A DNA stretch of 58,208 bases. Origin: Vicinamibacterales bacterium. Lineage in GTDB: Bacteria > Acidobacteriota > Vicinamibacteria > Vicinamibacterales > UBA2999. Numbering within the stretch: the first letter of the stretch is position 1; each line of letters starts with the position of its first letter. Location of the stretch: positions 1-58,208 of the forward strand of contig DASTZI010000074.1 of assembly GCA_035764385.1 (NCBI GenBank), in the 5' to 3' direction. Positions 52,857 through 58,208 of this stretch are shown one piece after another. Under the pieces are notes generated by a model. It was not told the origin of the DNA and searched no databases. It saw only the letters and a list, made by a program, of their open reading frames with translations. The position numbers and the translations under genes are program-made.

Positions 52857-55541
52857 TCAGCGGCGTGGCGCCAACTTCTGCCCAATCGTTGCTATGAGTT
52901 GCGGCTCGTCGTCATCGAGCGGTCCACCGGCTCTGAGTCCGCTCGCGCGCAGCTCGTTCAGCACTTCAAGGCTACGCCGGTACCACGCATTCGTGGATCT
53001 ATCATCCCCCGCCTTGGTCAGCTGGGTGGAAGGGCCGGCATGTGCACTGACGACGTCGCCCATCGTCGCGTACGCGATCGCGAGCTCGAAACGGAGCCTC
53101 GCGTCGGCCGGGTCTTTTGCAGAGGCAGTCTCGACCAGGTCAATGGCGCGCTGAGAGACCCCTTTGGCTGCTGCAACGTCTCCCGCCGCGAGGAGCGCTT
53201 GGGCGAGTCGCGTCGACGCAGTGGCGACCGTGAGGCGGAAATAGACGTACGACGGGTCGGACGCAGCCAACGGTTCGCCTCGCGCCAATGCCATCCGGTA
53301 GTGCGCCGCCGCCGCCGGGTAATCGCCGCTTCGCGCAAGCACTTCGCCGGTCTCGAGTTGCGACACCATGAGATCAATCGATGCCTGACGGTCCGCGGGA
53401 TTGGCGTCGACGATCGCTTGCCGGAGCGATAACGCAGTCTGTTGGTGTGGCCCTGCGGCCGTCGGATTGCCTTCTCTCACGAACAGCTGTGAAAAGTGAG
53501 AGTGTGTGCTCGAAAGGCGCCGTCGAAATGCAACGTTGTCAGGTTGTGCCGTCACCAGCTTCGAGGCCGCGTCGAATGCCGCCTCGAACTGTGCACGGGC
53601 GCCGGCGAGGTCGCCGAGTTTCAGCAGGATCTGCCCGAGCCGCCCTCGAGCCGTCGCGACCTCGTTCTGAATGGCCAAATCCGTCGGGTTGGCGCTGAGC
53701 AGTCGTTCATCCAGAGTCAGAGTTCGACGCGCCGCTTCGGTGGCTTCATCGAGCCGGCCGGCCTGGACGTACGACAGCGACAGCGTGGACGCCGTCTGCG
53801 CAGCGGCGCGAACGATCTTCAGATCGTCCGGCGTTTTCCGCAGAAGCTCGTCCAAGACCTCGCGCGCGCGCTGATGCAGCTTCAATGCGCCCGCTGTGTC
53901 TGCTGTCTCGCGAAGAATCCCGCCGACGTTGAAGTAACTCGACCACAAATCCAGCTGCGCACCGGACGTCACGGCACCGCTCGTCGCCACTTGCTCGCGT
54001 ATCGCGAGCGCTTTCTGGTAGCTGGCCAGCGCCGCCCCCGTATCACCAACGTTGGCCGCGTACGAGCGGCCGAGCACGTTACCCAGCTTGTCGTACGCCT
54101 GCGCCAGCTCCTGCTGAAGCGCAGCGTTGTTTTTCTCTTCTGCCGCGAGGCCGTCGAAATATTCGAGCGCTCGCTTGACGAGCAGCTCGCGCGTCGCGAG
54201 AGTGCCTGGAACGTTCTCGATGCTGTCCTGTACCTCGAAGATCAACGAGCTGGCGAGCCGTCTGACATCGTCGAAGTGCCGCTGTGCGAGCTGGCGCTGT
54301 CGATTCGCTTCGCGCGCCTGCCACAGCGCCATGGCAAGCCCGACGACGAGGGACAGGACAATCAGTGCGGCCGCGATCACGCGCACGCGGTGCCGCGAGA
54401 TGAACTTGGCAATGCGATACAGCCACCCGTCGTTGCGCGCCGCGAGCGGAAGGCCGGTCAGGTAACGGGTCACGTCATCGGCCAATGCACCCGCGGACGA
54501 GTAGCGCTCCGCCGGATTCTTCCGCAGCGCTTTGAGCACGATGGTGTCCAGATCGCCGGCGAGCTGGCGGCGAAGCGGGCGTGTGGACGCGACAGCGCTC
54601 GGCCGCAGCGGTTCCTCGTCACAGATGGCGACCGCAAGTTCGTGCGCCGCATACGACCGAACTCGATACGGGCTGGCGTTGGTGAGGAGGTGGAACAACA
54701 ACACGCCGAGTGCGTAGACATCGGTCGCGGTGGTGATCGGTTCACCCTTCAGTTGCTCCGGGCTCGCGTACTCGGGTGTCAGCATCGAGGGTCCGGTGGC
54801 GGACCGTCCCGCGACGGCTGCTTCTCCCGACCGTTCGAGCAGCTTCGCGATACCGAAGTCGAGCAGCTTCGGCACGCCGTCGCTCACGAGAATGTTGGTC
54901 GGCTTGAGATCCCGATGGACAACGAGATTGCGGTGGGCCACATCAACGGCCGCACAGATCGTGCGGAACAGCTCGAGCCGCTGGCGGAGGCTCAGGGCAT
55001 TCGCGGTGCAATACTCGTCAATCGGCACACCCTGAACGTGTTCCATCACGAGGTAAGGAACACCGTCCTCGGTGGTCCCGCCGTCCAGCAGACGGGCGAT
55101 GTTCGGGTGCTGGAGCGTGGCGAGAATCTGCCGTTCGTCTCTGAACGATCGGAGACTTTCGGCGGATCGCGCGTCGTGCGCAATCTTCAGCGCAACGACC
55201 TGACGGTATTCCTCGTCCGCACGTTCCGCGAGGAAGACCCGTCCCATCCCGCCGCGGCCGATCTCCTTGCTGATGCGGTAGGGACCGAAGCGGCCGCCGA
55301 TCCGTGGCGCGGTTGCGCGGGCCCTCTGTTCGATCAGGTTGATGGCCGAAGCAGCCGCGAACACCGGAGCTTCAAACAAGGTCGCGGCACTGACGGCGGA
55401 AAACAGGAGCGAGCGGACTTCCTGCTCGAGCGGCTGGTCACCGGCACAGGCGTCAACGACAAAACCCGCTCGTCGCGCCTCAGGCTGCTCGAGCGCCGCC
55501 GCGGTAATCGTTTTGACGCGAACCCAATCTTCGCGAGTCAT
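52857..55541 (-). CDS. Ser/Thr protein kinase with one TM segment and a long TPR-repeat C-terminus
   Basis: Start taken at ATG 55541 (MTREDWVRVKTITAAALE); the track start is a TTG 3 codons upstream. Contains VALKIAH, HRDLKPTNIL, DFGIAK and TPEYASPEQ, then TM VIAAALIVLSLVVGLAMAL, then TPRs. Confidence 0.9.
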   Translation of the reverse strand: MTREDWVRVKTITAAALEQPEARRAGFVVDACAGDQPLEQEVRSLLFSAVSAATLFEAPVFAAASAINLIEQRARATAPRIGGRFGPYRISKEIGRGGMGRVFLAERADEEYRQVVALKIAHDARSAESLRSFRDERQILATLQHPNIARLLDGGTTEDGVPYLVMEHVQGVPIDEYCTANALSLRQRLELFRTICAAVDVAHRNLVVHRDLKPTNILVSDGVPKLLDFGIAKLLERSGEAAVAGRSATGPSMLTPEYASPEQLKGEPITTATDVYALGVLLFHLLTNASPYRVRSYAAHELAVAICDEEPLRPSAVASTRPLRRQLAGDLDTIVLKALRKNPAERYSSAGALADDVTRYLTGLPLAARNDGWLYRIAKFISRHRVRVIAAALIVLSLVVGLAMALWQAREANRQRQLAQRHFDDVRRLASSLIFEVQDSIENVPGTLATRELLVKRALEYFDGLAAEEKNNAALQQELAQAYDKLGNVLGRSYAANVGDTGAALASYQKALAIREQVATSGAVTSGAQLDLWSSYFNVGGILRETADTAGALKLHQRAREVLDELLRKTPDDLKIVRAAAQTASTLSLSYVQAGRLDEATEAARRTLTLDERLLSANPTDLAIQNEVATARGRLGQILLKLGDLAGARAQFEAAFDAASKLVTAQPDNVAFRRRLSSTHSHFSQLFVREGNPTAAGPHQQTALSLRQAIVDANPADRQASIDLMVSQLETGEVLARSGDYPAAAAHYRMALARGEPLAASDPSYVYFRLTVATASTRLAQALLAAGDVAAAKGVSQRAIDLVETASAKDPADARLRFELAIAYATMGDVVSAHAGPSTQLTKAGDDRSTNAWYRRSLEVLNELRASGLRAGGPLDDDEPQLIATIGQKLAPRR

Positions 55542-55636
55542 CCTCTGCAACCCGTACGCGCGAACGGAGGGGAATTCGGCTCAGCGAGAGTTAACCATTG
55601 AGTTCCGGCCGCGTCAAAGAACGCAGACCAGCCCAA

Positions 55637-57643
55637 TCATGCGGACAGGCGGATCACCGCGAGCAACGACCCGGCGATCGCCGCCAATGCGCCCAAACTT
55701 GCCGCGTACATGAAGCGCGGCCGGTACGCAAGACGGACGGATGCCGCACCGGTTGGCACGCGCACGGCGAGCAGGCTATCGAAGAACGCAAAGGTCGACA
55801 GATGCTGATCGCCAGCGCTTGCCGTCCAGTCAGGACGAAACATTTCCGCGATGACGAGGGTACGGGGCGTCTCGAGCCGATTGAACGTCACGTCGATTGC
55901 ACCTTCCGAGCGGACGATTGAGACGGCTGCGGGCCGCAGGCCCGCCACGATCGAGAAATCGCGGCACAGCAGGCGGTCGTTTGGGCAGTCGGCAAACCGT
56001 GGCGCATGGACGGTATCGGCATCGCCATCGACCAGGATGGCGCCGGTCGACGCGTCGTCGTTTTCATACAGCACGAGGTCTGGCGCCGCGGCGATACTCA
56101 GGGGGCGTTCGCGCAGGTCGGACGCGACCGCCTCACCGCGATGCGCGATCACGTATCGAATCCCGAGCAGGTCGAGCGAAGCAGCTGATTGCAGAAAGGC
56201 CTGTGGCGGTGTGACGCGGGCGTAATAGAGACGTTCATCCGGCCATATCGGATCGGCGCTGACGCCCTTGAACCACCCATCGAGCACGTGAACGCCACGA
56301 TACGCCAGCCCGTTCACGCCGAGACCCGCTGGGAGGTACGTGCGGTTCATCACTTCGTTTTCGACAGCCGGAGAAAACGCCACCAGACCGGGCCGAGCGA
56401 GCGTCGAAACCAGGTTGTCCGCCGAAGGGACCGCGCCAGTTGCGGCACGGAACCAGGGCGTTGGTGAACGTGCTTCGTCCCACGCGTACCGCGCGTAAGG
56501 GGCGGCAATCAAACCAACGGCGACGATCTGCAGCAGCAGCAGGACTGCCGTGAGCTGCCGAATGTACTTTGCCTGCAGGCCACGTTCTGCCGCCATCCCC
56601 GCCAGCAGAATCGCACACAGAATGACCGGATCTCTGAACTGATAGCGCTGCGTCGCGAGCGGAATAGGCACGAGGGTCGTGAACAGGAACGCCAATCCGA
56701 TTGCGAGCCCTAACACGAGTTCGCGGCGATTCCATCCCTTGCGGAAACACGCGGCGATCACCAAGAGCGCGAACGGACCGCCAAAGGACAACGTTCGCGC
56801 GTCGTTGTCGAGCGCAGGCTCAAACTGTGACGCAAAGTTCGCCAGTGGCCGCAGGAACACGTCGAGCGCAACCGCCGGCGGCAACGGACGGGCGTCGACT
56901 TGAAGGCCAGCGTCCGAAGCAAACAATCCACGCTCTGAAATGAGCAGTGCGGCATTCGGCGCACAGATGAGGAGTGCGATCGCCGCCGCCACGATCAGCG
57001 GACGCCATCGCGCGATCATGCTCTGCCACCGCGCCATGATCACGGCAATCAAGAGAACCGCAAAAACCACAGCGTAGGCAGGATTCGCGTTTGCGATCAC
57101 GAGGCCGCTGCACAGGCCAAGCAACACGCTCGATCGCCAACGATCGCGGCCGTCGCTGTCCAGCGTGCGCCATAGGAATAACAACAGCCACGGCATCGAG
57201 GTCCACACGATCCAGTGTGACGGCCATGCATCGCTCAACGCGTAATTGATTCCCGGCGCGGCCAGCAGAAACGTGAATGCGCATGTCGCACGAACTAGCG
57301 GCCGGAAGCCAAGCTTTCTGCCAAGCAGCCACATCCCAGCGGCGCCAAGAACGGTATGCGTCAGCAACAACAGACGAACCCAATTTGAAGGCGAGATGAC
57401 CGCAAGCAGCGGTAGAAGCGGATGGAACCAGAAGTTAGGGATGAACGGTTGGGGGAGCCCCAATGCCAGCCGGGACGTCCAGAAGGCATAGGTTCCTTCA
57501 GAAAGGGCTCGAACGTGCAGCCACGATGTCAGAACCGCGTGACGAAACTCCTCATCGTCGGGCGGGGTGCCGGCCGCCAACGCCACACAGGCGCCAATGA
57601 CAAGCGTCAGCGAGACCCAACGATGCAGCTGTGAACGGTTCAA
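55637..57643 (-). CDS. Large polytopic membrane protein (YfhO-like / possible GT-C-type glycosyltransferase; function uncertain)
   Basis: 668 aa. TTG start with AGGA upstream. More than 10 hydrophobic segments in the N-terminal two thirds, and a soluble C-terminal domain ending with a TM. Confidence 0.7.
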   Translation of the reverse strand: MNRSQLHRWVSLTLVIGACVALAAGTPPDDEEFRHAVLTSWLHVRALSEGTYAFWTSRLALGLPQPFIPNFWFHPLLPLLAVISPSNWVRLLLLTHTVLGAAGMWLLGRKLGFRPLVRATCAFTFLLAAPGINYALSDAWPSHWIVWTSMPWLLLFLWRTLDSDGRDRWRSSVLLGLCSGLVIANANPAYAVVFAVLLIAVIMARWQSMIARWRPLIVAAAIALLICAPNAALLISERGLFASDAGLQVDARPLPPAVALDVFLRPLANFASQFEPALDNDARTLSFGGPFALLVIAACFRKGWNRRELVLGLAIGLAFLFTTLVPIPLATQRYQFRDPVILCAILLAGMAAERGLQAKYIRQLTAVLLLLQIVAVGLIAAPYARYAWDEARSPTPWFRAATGAVPSADNLVSTLARPGLVAFSPAVENEVMNRTYLPAGLGVNGLAYRGVHVLDGWFKGVSADPIWPDERLYYARVTPPQAFLQSAASLDLLGIRYVIAHRGEAVASDLRERPLSIAAAPDLVLYENDDASTGAILVDGDADTVHAPRFADCPNDRLLCRDFSIVAGLRPAAVSIVRSEGAIDVTFNRLETPRTLVIAEMFRPDWTASAGDQHLSTFAFFDSLLAVRVPTGAASVRLAYRPRFMYAASLGALAAIAGSLLAVIRLSA

Positions 57644-57689
57644 CCTTTTCCTGGCTGCGTGGCGTGTCGGGGATTGGTTAAGTGAGTTT

Positions 57690-57784
57690 TGGCGGTGAGG
57701 CAGGGATTCGAACCCTGGGTAGGACTTTAAAGGCCCTACAACGGTTTAGCAAACCGCCGCCTTCAGCCTCTCGGCCACCTCACC
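57690..57784 (-). tRNA. tRNA-Ser (anticodon GCT), CCA encoded
   Basis: Minus strand reads GGTGAGG-TG-GCCGAGAGGCTGAAGGC-G-GCGGT-TTGCTAA-ACCGT-long variable arm GTAGG..CCTAC-CAGGG-TTCGAAT-CCCTG-CCTCACC-G-CCA. The cloverleaf folds by hand. Confidence 0.93.
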
Positions 57785-58016
57785 GCATTGAGGACCCTAA
57801 GTATACGCGAGTCTTCGAGTTGCGCGAACCCTGCGGCGATCGTCATGTCGCCGACGTGGCGACTGAGTGAACGCCCAGACCTGGTCGACGCTCTCGTTGG
57901 CGCACCAACCAACGCGGGCGAAGAATGGCCTTCTCGTGTCATCGCTCGCGCCTTTTCGATGCAGCTGTCGGCGCGGTCTGCTGGGTGACTCTTGAGGCCT
58001 CCCTACCTCACCAGAA

Positions 58017-58208
58017 TCAAGCCGGCAGCGCCTTCAACAACGACTCTGCGGCACGTGTCGAAGCTGTAGTCTCACCAGTCAGACGAACGGTCTCGTCAGC
58101 GACCGATGTCACGTACGCCGCGTTAGTGAAGCTGCTCAATTTCCGCTCGAGATTGGACCGCGCACCGTCGAAGCCTGCCTGCAAGAGCGCGATGCCGAGT
58201 TGAACGTC
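58017..58208 (-). CDS. C-terminal 63 codons of an unidentified protein (5' end off the right window edge)
   Basis: The minus frame is open from 58208 to TGA at 58017-19 and reads DVQLGIALLQAGFDGARSNLERKLSSFTNAAYVTSVADETVRLTGETTASTRAAESLLKALPA. No family recognised. Confidence 0.4.
   Translation of the reverse strand, partial: DVQLGIALLQAGFDGARSNLERKLSSFTNAAYVTSVADETVRLTGETTASTRAAESLLKALPA

Noticed and set aside
53496-55601. 701-aa plus-strand ORF
   Set aside because: It is antisense to a Ser/Thr kinase that has all catalytic motifs (HRDLKPTNIL, DFGIAK). The translation is low-complexity and Arg-rich.
57690-58016. Genomic island or integrase next to tRNA-Ser
   Set aside because: There is no integrase, no direct repeat of the tRNA 3' end and no phage or IS gene on either side within the window. 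The 230-nt gap beyond the tRNA has only weak ORFs (57788..57988 and 57925..58203, plus one minus-frame ORF running into the tRNA).

Overview
This is a high-GC bacterial chromosomal segment. Hand-sampled 60-nt lines give about 65-70% GC in housekeeping genes. The gene content points to a soil Acidobacteriota-like organism: DUF1800/DUF1501 pairs, a TIGR02999-type ECF sigma next to a TPR Ser/Thr kinase, M61-PDZ peptidases and bacillithiol genes. That taxonomy is inference only.

Left to right, the window holds:
- a partial lipoprotein gene and a RidA-family gene
- a translationally coupled histidine operon, hisI-G-D-C-B-H-F-A, preceded by a His-rich mini-ORF and an intrinsic terminator
- an Arch_ATPase-like ATPase, a UMF1 MFS transporter and an SDR epimerase
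- an ECF sigma/RskA anti-sigma pair and a SYLF protein
- a tandemly duplicated DUF1800-DUF1501 pair
- a VOC protein, then bshA-bshB1
- an FAD oxidoreductase, a TfoX-like gene and an Ada-MGMT fusion
- a penicillin-acylase-family Ntn hydrolase
- a wHTH-TPR regulator with two exported proteins
- purE-purK and two exported/outer-membrane proteins
- an asparaginase-like gene, an APC permease and an argininosuccinate-lyase-family gene
- two M61 peptidases bracketing an aa3-type oxidase cluster in the order I-III-small ORF-II
- an FAD-linked oxidase, a Nudix hydrolase, hemH and an anchored rubrerythrin-like protein
- a lower-GC pair of large secreted proteins downstream of an ECF sigma/Ser-Thr kinase pair
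- a large polytopic membrane protein, tRNA-Ser(GCT) and a partial CDS

I found no transposase, integrase, CRISPR array or recognisable defence system.

The features most worth a second look:
1. Two heptanucleotide repeat families, GGGATTT and AACCACC, sit exactly at gene boundaries. One copy lies in frame inside the spacer peptide of the acylase.
2. A candidate his attenuator.
3. A triple palindromic operator-like array.
4. The duplication of the DUF1800/DUF1501 module at a conserved 3,012-bp offset.
5. A small CxxC membrane peptide coupled to coxII.
6. The compositionally atypical secreted-protein pair, one with a Met-rich tail, next to the sigma/kinase pair.

All homology calls come from motif recognition by eye, not from searches.
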